From positions 1,024,001 through 1,088,000 of the forward strand of contig JASGJH010000001.1 of NCBI GenBank assembly GCA_047601445.1: a stretch of DNA of 64,000 nucleotides. The letters are read 5' to 3'. How positions within the stretch are numbered: position 1 is the stretch's first letter; each line of letters opens with the position of its first letter. Shown in pieces: positions 20,331-29,956 of this stretch. A program made the position numbers and the translations under genes. The DNA is from Myxococcales bacterium. GTDB lineage: Bacteria; Myxococcota_A; Polyangia; Polyangiales; DASUME01. A model generated the notes under the pieces. The model was not told the DNA's origin and did no database searches. It worked only from the letters and a program-made list of their open reading frames with translations.

Positions 20331-21302
20331 TTAGAGCCCTAGCCAGGGACGCGCGTCCTCGGTCTTGGTGCCGCGCCGGACCTCGAAGTAGATCGACCCC
20401 GTACCGGAAGTCCCAAGCCGAGCACTCTTGGAGACCTCGTCCCCAACTTGCACATCGACGCCGGCGAAGCCCCCGTACACCGTGTAGTAGCGGTCCCCGT
20501 GGTCCAGGATCACGAGCTGGCCATAGGAACCGTAACGATCCGAGAAGGCCACCCGACCTCCGGCTGCGGCCCGGACTGCGGCCCCGCGTTGGGTCGAGAA
20601 CTCGAGGCCAGGACCCCCGCTCTCGGCGCGCGTAGCCTCCTGGATGGCGGATGGGCCCGAGACCGGGAGCGCGAGCGCACCGCGCTGGTCCGCAAACCGA
20701 GGGCGCTCGGCCTCCCTGGTACCTACCACCGAGAGTCCGTAGTTCATGTGGTCTCCCTGTGGCGGCTCGGGTGCGCGCCGTGCGGGGGCGGCCGCGCCGA
20801 GCAGGTTCTGCTCGATCTGCTGCTGGATGGCGGCTGCTTGAGCACGCTCGAGGCTCGCCACGTCGCCGTCACGCTGGGCTACTTCGAGGGCCAGGGCCTG
20901 CTTCTCGCCACGTAGGCGGGTCAGTTCATGCTGAAGGCTCGCCACCCCCTCGAGGTCCGCGTGCACCATGCGCTCGAGGCGCTGCATGCGCGAGGCATGC
21001 CCCAACAGCCCTTCGAGTCCCCCGGTGATGGGCAGCATCCCGTTGCGTCCGAGTCGGTACAGTGCGCGCCCGTCGGCCGTGAGCCGCGCCTTGAGGGCGG
21101 GTTCCTTGGCTTCGAACTGCGTGAGTCGTGTGTCGACCTCTTCGGCGCGCGAGCGAGCCATGTCGGCCCGGGTTCGTGCCGTGCTCAGGCGGTCGCCCGT
21201 GATCAACGGCGCACTGTCTGCAACCGCCAGCGAGCTCACCGTCACCAGGGCCAACATCGAGAGGGTCGAGCCGGGAATATGTTTGGCGCGCGTCTGGGTC
21301 AC
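20331..21302 (-). CDS. envC: EnvC-like murein hydrolase activator (coiled coil plus LytM/M23)
   Basis: Coiled coil, then LPVSG, YGQLVILDHG, IYFEVR; GTG overlaps the ftsX stop; canonical M23 Zn ligands not evident. Confidence 0.8.
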   Translation of the reverse strand: MTQTRAKHIPGSTLSMLALVTVSSLAVADSAPLITGDRLSTARTRADMARSRAEEVDTRLTQFEAKEPALKARLTADGRALYRLGRNGMLPITGGLEGLLGHASRMQRLERMVHADLEGVASLQHELTRLRGEKQALALEVAQRDGDVASLERAQAAAIQQQIEQNLLGAAAPARRAPEPPQGDHMNYGLSVVGTREAERPRFADQRGALALPVSGPSAIQEATRAESGGPGLEFSTQRGAAVRAAAGGRVAFSDRYGSYGQLVILDHGDRYYTVYGGFAGVDVQVGDEVSKSARLGTSGTGSIYFEVRRGTKTEDARPWLGL

Positions 21303-22183
21303 ACCGACATGTACCTGCGGATGGAGAGGGCACTTCCGAGGGCTCCCGTCAGGGCCCCCGACACCAATACGCTCACCACCACGACGGGCGACAGGAAGCT
21401 CAGGCGCATCCCCAGCATGGGCACCAGGGCCGCGTTGATTTGCCCGCGCAACAGCAGGTAAGCGGTCAGCAGGAGCACCACCGAGACGAGGGCCGAGAGG
21501 AAGCCTTGCAGGGCACCCTCCACCACGAAGGGACCGCGCACGAAGCTGTCGGTCGCTCCGCACATCTTGAGCATCTCGATCTCGTCGCGTCGGCTGGCCA
21601 AGGCCAGGCGGATGGTGTTGGAGACCACCGCGAACACGCAGATCAGCACCAGGAGCCCCACGACCAGGGCGGCCGCGCGACCCGTGGTGAGCAAGCTGCT
21701 CAGCCGCTCGAACCAGCTGCGATAGGTGTCCACGTCGGCCACGGCCGTCTTGAACGCCGAGACTTGCGCAGCGACCTCCTGGATGCGGGCGTCGCTGGCG
21801 TCGGTCGCGAACTCCACCTCGAGCGAGGCTGGAAACACGTCGGCCGGGAGTCCTGTGAGGTCCGCGGCGTTCAAGCTCTCACGCAAGAAGCTCTCGCGTG
21901 CGGCAGCGGCGGAGAGGTGCTCGACCTGGGCCACCCCCGGCAGCGCCGAGAGCACGAGGCGCAGGCGATCGACGTCGGCGTTCTGGGCGTCGTCTCGGAG
22001 GTACACGCTCATGCGGTGCGTACGTCCCCAGCGCTCCGCGAAGCTACCCAGGTTCACCACCGCGAGGAGCAACGTCGACAAGCAGAGAAACGCCACCGTC
22101 AAACTCGAGATGGCCACTCCGTAGAGCTTGGCGTCCTCGCGCAGCCCGCGCTTTGCGCGTCGAAGCAACGACTTGAATTCCAT
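21299..22183 (-). CDS. ftsX: Cell division permease FtsX
   Basis: Four TM segments, NTIRL...RRDEIEMLKMCGAT..FVRGPF..EG. Confidence 0.93.
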   Translation of the reverse strand: MEFKSLLRRAKRGLREDAKLYGVAISSLTVAFLCLSTLLLAVVNLGSFAERWGRTHRMSVYLRDDAQNADVDRLRLVLSALPGVAQVEHLSAAAARESFLRESLNAADLTGLPADVFPASLEVEFATDASDARIQEVAAQVSAFKTAVADVDTYRSWFERLSSLLTTGRAAALVVGLLVLICVFAVVSNTIRLALASRRDEIEMLKMCGATDSFVRGPFVVEGALQGFLSALVSVVLLLTAYLLLRGQINAALVPMLGMRLSFLSPVVVVSVLVSGALTGALGSALSIRRYMSV

Positions 22184-22200
22184 CTCGCGTCGTCTCCCGC

Positions 22201-23013
22201 TCAGGCACTCACGCGCTTCACGCGCGCAGACCAGCCATTCAAGCCCTCGCGCGCCTCGGTCAGGCGACCGTCCTCCAGCACCAGGAGGCGATGGGGGCGG
22301 GTGGCGAGCAAAGTGTGATCGTGGGTCGCGAACAACACCGTCGTGCCGCTGCGGTTGATCTCTTCGAACAGCGTGAGGATGTCGAGGGCCAGGGTAGGGT
22401 CCAGGTTGCCCGTCGGTTCATCCGCGATGAGCAGCGCCGGCTCGCTCACGATGGCGCGAGCGATGGCCACGCGCTGTTGCTCTCCGCCCGACAGGTTGCC
22501 TGCGCGCTCTTCCCCGCGCCCGGCCAGGCCCACGCGCTCGAGGGCCTCCGCCACGCGCGAACGCACCAGGCGGGTCGGCAGCTCGAGGATCTCCAGGGCG
22601 ATCGCGACGTTCTCGAACACCGACCAGTGCGCGATGATCTTGAAGTCCTGGAACACCACGCCCATGTTGCGGCGCAGGTAGGGGATGGAGTCCTTGGTCA
22701 GGCGCGCGATGTCGCGCCCGCAGAAGTAGATGTGGCCCTCATCCACGGAGATCTTGCGGAAAATCAGCTGTAGCAGCGTGCTCTTGCCCGAGCCGCTGGG
22801 ACCCGTGATGAACACGAACTCGCCGCGCTCGATGGTGAGGTCGATGCCGCGCAAAGTGGGCGTCTCGCGCTGGAAGTACTTGTAGACGTCCTCCAGCACG
22901 AGGATCGGCTTGTCGACCGAGCTCGGGTCTGGACGCGCGCCAGCCCGGAAGAAGGCGAAAGGACGTACGACGCGCCGCGCCCCGCTGTCATCGCTTCTAC
23001 TCCTAGGAGCCAT
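22201..23013 (-). CDS. ftsE: Cell division ATPase FtsE
   Basis: GPSGSGKST, IPYLRR..GVVFQDF, LSGGEQQR, ADEPTGNLD. Confidence 0.93.
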   Translation of the reverse strand: MAPRSRSDDSGARRVVRPFAFFRAGARPDPSSVDKPILVLEDVYKYFQRETPTLRGIDLTIERGEFVFITGPSGSGKSTLLQLIFRKISVDEGHIYFCGRDIARLTKDSIPYLRRNMGVVFQDFKIIAHWSVFENVAIALEILELPTRLVRSRVAEALERVGLAGRGEERAGNLSGGEQQRVAIARAIVSEPALLIADEPTGNLDPTLALDILTLFEEINRSGTTVLFATHDHTLLATRPHRLLVLEDGRLTEAREGLNGWSARVKRVSA

Positions 23014-23086
23014 GGCGCCCACGGTGGCAGTGAACCCGTGTCCAGATCGAGAATTCGGCCCTTTTACGGGCCAGGATGCCCTGAAG

Positions 23087-24223
23087 CTAAGGTCGAGACA
23101 GTCCCAGGTGGGGGGTGGAGTCGGCCGCCCAGCTCCAGCGGAACACCTGGGAGAGCATGGGTTCGGCGAGTTTGCCGTGCGGGGAAAAGCCCCAGATGTC
23201 CTCCTGGGACACGTCATCGAGGTCCGCGTAGTAGCGCCACAGGAAAAAGCCGGCGAACCAGGGCTCGGGCAAGAACGTCTCGAACAGCGCCGAGAGGGCG
23301 CGCGCCTGCTCGTGTTCGTCGATGACGACGTTGGTCATCACGTCGGGCCAGATCCAGGGCTGAACGGCCGCGTTCTGGCGCGTGGTGTACCCAATCTCCA
23401 CGAACAGCACGGGCATCTGCAGACGCTCTGCGAAGCCGTGGATCTCCTCGCGGGCACGCGCGGCGCCGGCCAGGTAGTCCGTGTAGGTGGCGTTGTCGTG
23501 ATAGGCGAGGGGATAGAAGGCGTTGACTCCGATCAAGTCCAGCTGATCCCAGAACACCACGTTGTCGACTTCGTCCCAGTTGGCGCTGTAGGTGAGAAAG
23601 CCCGGAAAGCGCTGGCGCACGTCGCGGATGAGCCGGCTCCAGTACTCGGCGAAGCGGCCGCTCCACGACTTGCACTCGACTCCGATGGAGAAGCCATCCG
23701 CCCCGGCCTCGGCGGCGAGCTCCGCCCAACTCAGCACGAAGGCCCGGTAGGAAGCCTGATATGCGCGCCAGCCCTCCTCGGAGCCCGGGTCCATCTCGCC
23801 GCGCCAGCCCCCGGTCTCGACCCACAGATGAGGGATCAAGAGCACGCCCATGCCGCGGGCCTTGGCCTGGCGGATCATGCGTGCGACCGCAGCGCGGTTC
23901 TCCAGGTAGGGCGCTTCGAAGTCCATCAGAATGTCCGTGCTGGTCAGGCTCCACACGCGCCCGAAGGGCGTCACGCTGACCCAGGTCGAGCCCATGCGTT
24001 GAAGCTCGTCGAGCAGCGCTTCGCTCGAGGCGCTGCCATAGCCGCGACCCGGCCACTGGGAGCTCTCGATGGGCCCCACGGTGATGCCTCGAATGCCGCT
24101 TCGTCCACTGGCTCGCCAGCCCTCCGTACCCGGCGGCAAGGTGTGCCAGGCGGACGCGTGGGAGGCGCCCAGCAGGAAAGCCAGCCAGAGCGCGACGCCA
24201 GCGAACCTCAGACCCAACTGCAT
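23087..24223 (-). CDS. Secreted GH113-like TIM-barrel glycoside hydrolase
   Basis: Signal peptide; IGVE, LTYSANWD, IGVNAFYPL, LFVEIGY motifs. Confidence 0.75.
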   Translation of the reverse strand: MQLGLRFAGVALWLAFLLGASHASAWHTLPPGTEGWRASGRSGIRGITVGPIESSQWPGRGYGSASSEALLDELQRMGSTWVSVTPFGRVWSLTSTDILMDFEAPYLENRAAVARMIRQAKARGMGVLLIPHLWVETGGWRGEMDPGSEEGWRAYQASYRAFVLSWAELAAEAGADGFSIGVECKSWSGRFAEYWSRLIRDVRQRFPGFLTYSANWDEVDNVVFWDQLDLIGVNAFYPLAYHDNATYTDYLAGAARAREEIHGFAERLQMPVLFVEIGYTTRQNAAVQPWIWPDVMTNVVIDEHEQARALSALFETFLPEPWFAGFFLWRYYADLDDVSQEDIWGFSPHGKLAEPMLSQVFRWSWAADSTPHLGLSRP

Positions 24224-24233
24224 GGCCGCAGGT

Positions 24234-24656
24234 TTACTGCGCGCGCGGCAAGTCGACATCAATTTGCACGGTCTTGTCGTCCAGAAAGACGCTCACCGTG
24301 CGTGCCAGGTAGCCTTGCTTGGTGGCCTCGATGCGGCCGTTCACCGAGCGGGAGGTCACCGTGATGTCGTACTCGCCGTCGTCGTCCGTGTGACCATCGG
24401 CCGTCTCGAGCGTGTCGGACGTGAAAATCACATGGGCATTCTTGAGCCGGGCACCCGTGGCCTCGTCTCGGACGATTCCGCTGATCTTGCCGGCTTCCCC
24501 AACGTCTTCATTGTCTGCGCCGCACGAGCTCGTGAGCAGGAGCCCCGCCAGCGCGCCGAAGCGCAGGCCGGCGCCGAGTGGCCCGCGCGTGAGGAGCATC
24601 CAGGTGGGGCTCGGGCGCGCGAGAGAGCGTGCCGCCTCCAGCCTGGCGCGGCCCAT
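24234..24656 (-). CDS. Lipoprotein with carboxypeptidase-regulatory-like (Ig) domain
   Basis: Lipobox-like LLTSSC; ISGIVRD...TDDDGEY...KQGY; start uncertain. Confidence 0.7.
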   Translation of the reverse strand: MGRARLEAARSLARPSPTWMLLTRGPLGAGLRFGALAGLLLTSSCGADNEDVGEAGKISGIVRDEATGARLKNAHVIFTSDTLETADGHTDDDGEYDITVTSRSVNGRIEATKQGYLARTVSVFLDDKTVQIDVDLPRAQ

Positions 24657-25246
24657 CAGGTGGTGCCCTTCTTCAGGGCGGAGAGCACAAGCTTGGCCAC
24701 CGACTTCAGCGTGTCGAATACGCCGACGCCCGTGGACGCCACGCCCTCGAACTCGGGCACGTTGGTGGGGTTCAGGAGCGACCGAAGCTCCTCCACCGGA
24801 GCGATGCCGGGCATGTCGCGCTTGTTGTACTGGATGACGTAGGGGAGCTTGTCGAGCGAGTAGCCCTGCTCGGCCAGGTTGGTGCGCAGGTTCTCGAGGG
24901 ACTCCACGTTGGCTTCCATGCGGGCAATCTGCGAGTCCGCCACGAAGACCACGCCGTCCACGCCCTTGAGGATGAGCTTGCGGCTAGCGTCGTAGAACAC
25001 CTGGCCGGGGACGGTATAGAGATGGAAGCGCGTCTTGAAACCCCGGATTTCGCCCAGCGCGAGCGGCAGGAAATCGAAGAACAGCGTGCGCTCGGTCTCG
25101 GTCGCGAGGGAGATCATCTTGCCCTTCGCGTCCGGATTCGTCTTGTTGTAGATGTACTGCAAGTTCGTGGTTTTCCCGCACAAGCCGGGACCGTAGTACA
25201 CGATCTTGCAGTTGATCTCGCGGGAGAGATAGTTGATGAAAGACAT
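24656..25246 (-). CDS. mglA: Ras-like motility/polarity GTPase MglA
   Basis: [45 protein letters not shown]. Confidence 0.97.
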   Translation of the reverse strand: MSFINYLSREINCKIVYYGPGLCGKTTNLQYIYNKTNPDAKGKMISLATETERTLFFDFLPLALGEIRGFKTRFHLYTVPGQVFYDASRKLILKGVDGVVFVADSQIARMEANVESLENLRTNLAEQGYSLDKLPYVIQYNKRDMPGIAPVEELRSLLNPTNVPEFEGVASTGVGVFDTLKSVAKLVLSALKKGTT

Positions 25247-25275
25247 CGCTGCCCTGGCTCCTTAAAGTCCCGCGA

Positions 25276-25758
25276 TCAGTCGTTGAAAAGGTTGTCGATG
25301 TCGTCGTCGGTGATTTCGGCGAAGGGCGTCTGTCGAGCCGGATCATCGGCCTTCTTGATCAACGCTTCGAAAATACCGTTGAGCTGCTCGCAGGCCTTCT
25401 TCACGCGCAAGCGCACCAGGCCAAGGCTCGTCTTGTTGTCGAAGATCACCACCAGGATCACGCGATTGCCGACCAGCTGGATGTGAATGTTCGCCTTTTC
25501 GCCCTCGTGGAACTGCGTCGCGAATTCGTTCTCGCGCAGCAGCTTCGCGATGCCACCGGTGGCGGCGATGTTGCCGGCCGTGAGCGATGCGAGCGAGGTC
25601 GTGTCGATGTGCTCGGTTTCACCTGAGGCAGCGATCAGCTGCCCATTCTTGTCGATGATGAACACCACTTTGGAGTTCGCCGCCTGAACCAGAGCGTCGA
25701 CGATGCCCTGGATCTGGTTGAACTCCTCTTCGTACATCACCATCTGCGGATTGCTCAT
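25276..25758 (-). CDS. mglB: Roadblock/LC7 GAP MglB
   Basis: VMYEEEF, DKNGQLI, SLASLTAGNIAATGG, LGLVRLRV, PFAEITDDDIDNLF. Confidence 0.97.
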   Translation of the reverse strand: MSNPQMVMYEEEFNQIQGIVDALVQAANSKVVFIIDKNGQLIAASGETEHIDTTSLASLTAGNIAATGGIAKLLRENEFATQFHEGEKANIHIQLVGNRVILVVIFDNKTSLGLVRLRVKKACEQLNGIFEALIKKADDPARQTPFAEITDDDIDNLFND

Positions 25759-26114
25759 CGCCTCCTCCGGGCGGGTCGTCTGCCGAGCTCATTTCGCGTG
25801 CGGCGCGCACCTGTCATATGCGCGTCGCGCGCGGGCCGCGCTCTACTGCCAAGGTCCATCGAATGCACTCGGCACACATACCTTGGGCTGCTCTTCGCAC
25901 CCTCTGCGAAGGCAGCGCGCATTCTAGCTTTGCTATCAAAGCTCGCGTGCGCCGTAAAGTGATTGACGGTTCGAGCACTTACGAGTGAATCGTCAGAACG
26001 CCCCACACATCGAACGATAGCGCGACGCGTTGGGTCCGTGAACGGGGATCTGTACTTTTCGCTTCAGAAGGTCGCGCCGGGCGAAGGAGGCGGTTTCGCG
26101 ATAGCCTCGCGGGC

Positions 26115-27809
26115 GTGCGCTTTCTGCTCCGCCTCGCATACAACCTCCTGCGTCTGATCACCTGGCCCGTCTGGGGCTTGTTTCCACGGTTTCGCCGCAA
26201 GACGAGCGCCTGGGTGAGCCTGCGCATCCAGGGGGAGATCCAGGAACTCCCCCATTCCCGGGGACGCCTGCTGGAGCGTCTGACCAGTCGCCTGCGGCCC
26301 GCCCACCTCAGCGTCTTCGAGGTCCGGAAGCTAGCCCGCGCGATCGTCGAGGACCCAAACGCCCGGGGCTTGATCCTGACGTTGACGTCGGTCCGGGGCG
26401 GTTGGGCGACACTGGAGTCGCTGCGCCAGGTGCTGGTCGAGGTGCCGCGGGCTGGCAAACGGCTTGTGGTGGCGTTGCCCCAGGGGGCCGATCAGCGGGA
26501 GCTCTGGTTGGCTAGCGCGGGTGATCATGTGTGCGCCAGCGAGCCGGCCGCGTTCAGCGCGCTGGGACCGGTGGCGCAGCGTCCTTACTTGGCCGGTCTG
26601 CTCTCCAAGCTGGGCGTGCAGGTCCAGGTGTTCGCGCAGGGTGACTACAAGACGGCGGCCGAGTCCCTGGCCCGCGAGACGATGAGCGCGCCCGAGCGTG
26701 AGCAGCTCGGGGCGCTCTTGGCGACGATTCAGGGGCGCTGGCTGCGGGACATCGGGTCGCGGACGGGGGCCGAGCGGGCGGAGCAAGTCCTGCAGCAGGC
26801 CATGTTCGGTCCCCATGAGGCACTGCGCTTCGGCCTGGTGGACCGGGTCTGTTACGCGGACGAACTCGAGGCCGAACTCGAGCTCGACAAGGTTCCCGCC
26901 CGGGCTTTCCGGCCTTACCTGCGCGCCCAGGCACGCACGCTCTTCGTGCCGCTGACCCGCCCGCGCAAGCTGGTGGCGCTGGTGCGGCTGCACGGGGCCA
27001 TCGGTGCGACCCCGAATCCGCGCGGGATCTCCCTGGCCGCGACCCGGGGCTTGCTGCGCAAGCTGAGCGAGGATCCACGCGTGGTCGGCGTCGTGCTCCA
27101 TATCGACTCACCTGGTGGGTCGGCCGTGGTGAGTGATCTGTTGCACCGGGAAATCGTGCGGCTCGACGCGCGCAAGCCCGTGGTGGCCTGGATGGGCGAC
27201 GTCGCAGCCAGCGGGGGCTACTACTTGGCGGCAGCCGCGCGCTTCATCGTGGCGCGGCCAACCACCATTACAGGCTCCATCGGCGTCATCTCGGCGCGCC
27301 CGGTGGCCAGCGAGCTGATGGCGCGCTGGGGCGTTCGCAGTGAGGTCGTCAAGCTGGCCCCACACGCCGACCTACACAGTCTACGCGCGGCGGACGAGCG
27401 CGAGACCGCCATGATCCAGGCGGAGACCCGACGCTACTACGAGCGCTTCCTGGCCGTGGTGGCGGAGGGGCGAAAGCGCCCGCTCGCGGAGATCGAGGGC
27501 CTGGCGGGAGGGCGCATTTGGTCCGGGGCGGACGCCTTGGCCAACGGCTTGGTCGACCAGCTAGGTGGTTATGCCGAAGCCCGCGCCAAGCTCGACGAGC
27601 TGCTGGGAGAACAGGCCAAGCAGCTGCCGGAGCAGCCCGAGTTTTACGAGCCCCAGGTGCAACCCACGGGCTCCGACCAGATTGCCATTGAAGTGGAGCG
27701 CCTGCTCGGAGCCGCGCATGGGGCTGCGCCCAACCTGCTCTCACTGAGGGCGCTGCTTGAAGACGGGGAGCGCGTGCTCGCCTGGACTCCGCCGCTCGAC
27801 ATTTCCTGA
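26115..27809 (+). CDS. sppA: Signal peptide peptidase SppA (S49, two-domain)
   Basis: GDYKTAAE, IDSPGGS, AASGGYY, TGSIGV, GRIWSG. Confidence 0.9.
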   Translation: MRFLLRLAYNLLRLITWPVWGLFPRFRRKTSAWVSLRIQGEIQELPHSRGRLLERLTSRLRPAHLSVFEVRKLARAIVEDPNARGLILTLTSVRGGWATLESLRQVLVEVPRAGKRLVVALPQGADQRELWLASAGDHVCASEPAAFSALGPVAQRPYLAGLLSKLGVQVQVFAQGDYKTAAESLARETMSAPEREQLGALLATIQGRWLRDIGSRTGAERAEQVLQQAMFGPHEALRFGLVDRVCYADELEAELELDKVPARAFRPYLRAQARTLFVPLTRPRKLVALVRLHGAIGATPNPRGISLAATRGLLRKLSEDPRVVGVVLHIDSPGGSAVVSDLLHREIVRLDARKPVVAWMGDVAASGGYYLAAAARFIVARPTTITGSIGVISARPVASELMARWGVRSEVVKLAPHADLHSLRAADERETAMIQAETRRYYERFLAVVAEGRKRPLAEIEGLAGGRIWSGADALANGLVDQLGGYAEARAKLDELLGEQAKQLPEQPEFYEPQVQPTGSDQIAIEVERLLGAAHGAAPNLLSLRALLEDGERVLAWTPPLDIS

Positions 27810-27839
27810 GCGGCGGCTGGGTGGCGCCCCGGAAACGCC

Positions 27840-28397
27840 TCAGAGGTCGCCGAGGTCGTCGGTTCCGCCGCCGCCGCTGTTGTCGGAGTCGTCCGAGCTC
27901 TCGTCGCTCGAACCACCGCTGCTACCGCTGGACCCGTCGTCGCCATCGAGGTCGGGCTTGCGGTTGCGGGCGCGAATCGCCGTCCAGGGACCGCCATTGG
28001 TCTCCGAGTCGTCGGAGCCCCAGCGCCCGTCGATCTTCCAGGCCTTTTCAGCCTCGTCGTAGCTGACGCGGAAGTAGCCGTGGCCCTTGGACTCGGTCGG
28101 GCGGCCGACGATCAACTCGCGCTTCTGGGTCCATTCGAAGCGCATCAGGTCGCCATCCACGGTGCCCTGAACGCGCCCGGTCTTCTCTTCCTTGGCGTAC
28201 TTGCCAATGACCGTGGCCCCGTTCTGAACCATGTGCATCTCGCCGTACTGGGGCGAGAACCACACGCCCGAGAAGCTGCCGCCCTCCGGCATCGGCCCGG
28301 CGCGCAGCCCAGGGGCGCCGCCACCGCAGGCCGCCAAGAGCACGGCGTACAACAGACCGACGAGCGAAACACTGAGACGAGCTCGCATCCTGATCAT
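27840..28397 (-). CDS. Hypothetical lipoprotein (beta-rich, acidic Ser/Gly tail)
   Basis: Lipobox LLAAC; FSGVWFSPQYG; start uncertain. Confidence 0.75.
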   Translation of the reverse strand: MIRMRARLSVSLVGLLYAVLLAACGGGAPGLRAGPMPEGGSFSGVWFSPQYGEMHMVQNGATVIGKYAKEEKTGRVQGTVDGDLMRFEWTQKRELIVGRPTESKGHGYFRVSYDEAEKAWKIDGRWGSDDSETNGGPWTAIRARNRKPDLDGDDGSSGSSGGSSDESSDDSDNSGGGGTDDLGDL

Positions 28398-28576
28398 TCC
28401 TCCGGCCGGGACCATAAACGAACGGGGCCCAAGGCAGCAATGCTCCTGAAGAGGACGACGTTGTACGGAGGGCACCCTCGATGCCCTTCAATGACGCCTT
28501 CCAGACCAGCAGCTCCCCATGTGACATCGCCAACCTGGAATGCTTGGCGCGCAGACACCCATGATAGGCTCGCTGC

Positions 28577-29947
28577 GTGGCGCAGGTTAACCCGCTCACT
28601 CGCGAAGTCCTGATCAAGCTCGTTTATTACGGCCCTGGTCTGTGTGGAAAAACAACGTCGCTGCAGAAGATCCACGCAGCTTCACCGCCGGAGACGCGCG
28701 GCAAGATCGTCTCGCTGGCGACGCCGGTGGATCGCACCCTGTACTTCGACTTCATGCCGCTGCGCGTGGGGCCGGTGCATGGGTACCCTGTGCGGCTCCA
28801 GCTTTTCACCGTGCCCGGGCAGGTCTACTTCAACGCGACCCGCAAGTTGGTGCTCACCAACGCCGACGGCGTCGTGTTCGTGGCCGACAGCCAGCGGGAG
28901 CGCCAGGACGCGAACCTGGAGAGCCTGCAGAACCTGGCGGCCAACCTGGCCGAGCAGGAGCGTTCGCTCGACGCCGTTCCGCACGTCCTCCAGTACAACA
29001 AGCGCGACCTCTCCAACATCCTCAGCGTGGCCGAGCTCGACGAGGGGCTCAACGAGTTCCGCGTGCCCTCCTTCGAGAGCTCCGCGGCGCGTGGCTTGGG
29101 CGTGCTCGACCCGCTCGACGAGCTGGTGCGCCTGGTCCTGCTCGACCTCGAAAAGCGTGCCGTATTCGGCGGCGATTCGAGCGGTTCGGAGACTCCGCGC
29201 TTCGAACAAGCGCAGGACGTACTGAGCGAGTCGGTCTCTCGCGCCAGCGAAGAGTGGCACATGTCGTCGGCGGAGCAGCAGCCCCTGCGCGCGGCGAGCG
29301 GCCTGCCCAGTCTGCCCCCCGTGCGCATGCGTGAACCCGAGCACGAGCGAGTCACCGAGGTGGACCTCGTCCACAACGTCCAGGAGCGCGCACGCGAGAC
29401 CCACGTGGTCGAACGCAGCCTGATGCCCCCGCGCAACTCCGCGCTTCCACGTCCCATCGCTTCCCACACCATTCCCGCACCCGCTCCGGTGCCGCTTCCC
29501 ACGCTTCGCACCCCGGCGCCCGCGCGTTTGCAGAGCCTCGAACCCCCGCGTCCGCCGCAGTTCGATGCGGTCTCCCACGTGCCACCCAAGTCGACGGGTC
29601 TTACCTGGTCGTTGCTCTTCGCGCGCCACCAGGGCCCGCAGGTTGCCCAGCTCGAGTCGGACCTCGAAATCGGGGATTTTCGCTCGGCCATCATGCGCTG
29701 CGACGCGCTCGCCGCCGAGATCCTGGCGGACGCCGCAGAGCTGCACGGGCTCGAGCAGGAGGAGCGCAAGCCGCTGCTCGTCGCCCTCAGTTTGGGTCTG
29801 CCCGCTGAGCGCTGGCGTTCGTTGAGAGCGGTGGTGCAGCGCGCACGTCAGGGGGCCGAGCTGAGCGAACTCGAAGCGCTCGAAGCTTACACGACCCTGA
29901 TCGAGATCAATCGCCTGCACCGAAGCGCGAGTCCGTCGCTGGATTGA
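28577..29947 (+). CDS. MglA-like small GTPase with long C-terminal extension
   Basis: [26 protein letters not shown], then a Pro-rich linker and a helical domain. Confidence 0.88.
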   Translation: MAQVNPLTREVLIKLVYYGPGLCGKTTSLQKIHAASPPETRGKIVSLATPVDRTLYFDFMPLRVGPVHGYPVRLQLFTVPGQVYFNATRKLVLTNADGVVFVADSQRERQDANLESLQNLAANLAEQERSLDAVPHVLQYNKRDLSNILSVAELDEGLNEFRVPSFESSAARGLGVLDPLDELVRLVLLDLEKRAVFGGDSSGSETPRFEQAQDVLSESVSRASEEWHMSSAEQQPLRAASGLPSLPPVRMREPEHERVTEVDLVHNVQERARETHVVERSLMPPRNSALPRPIASHTIPAPAPVPLPTLRTPAPARLQSLEPPRPPQFDAVSHVPPKSTGLTWSLLFARHQGPQVAQLESDLEIGDFRSAIMRCDALAAEILADAAELHGLEQEERKPLLVALSLGLPAERWRSLRAVVQRARQGAELSELEALEAYTTLIEINRLHRSASPSLD

Positions 29948-29956
29948 GCCCGAAGG

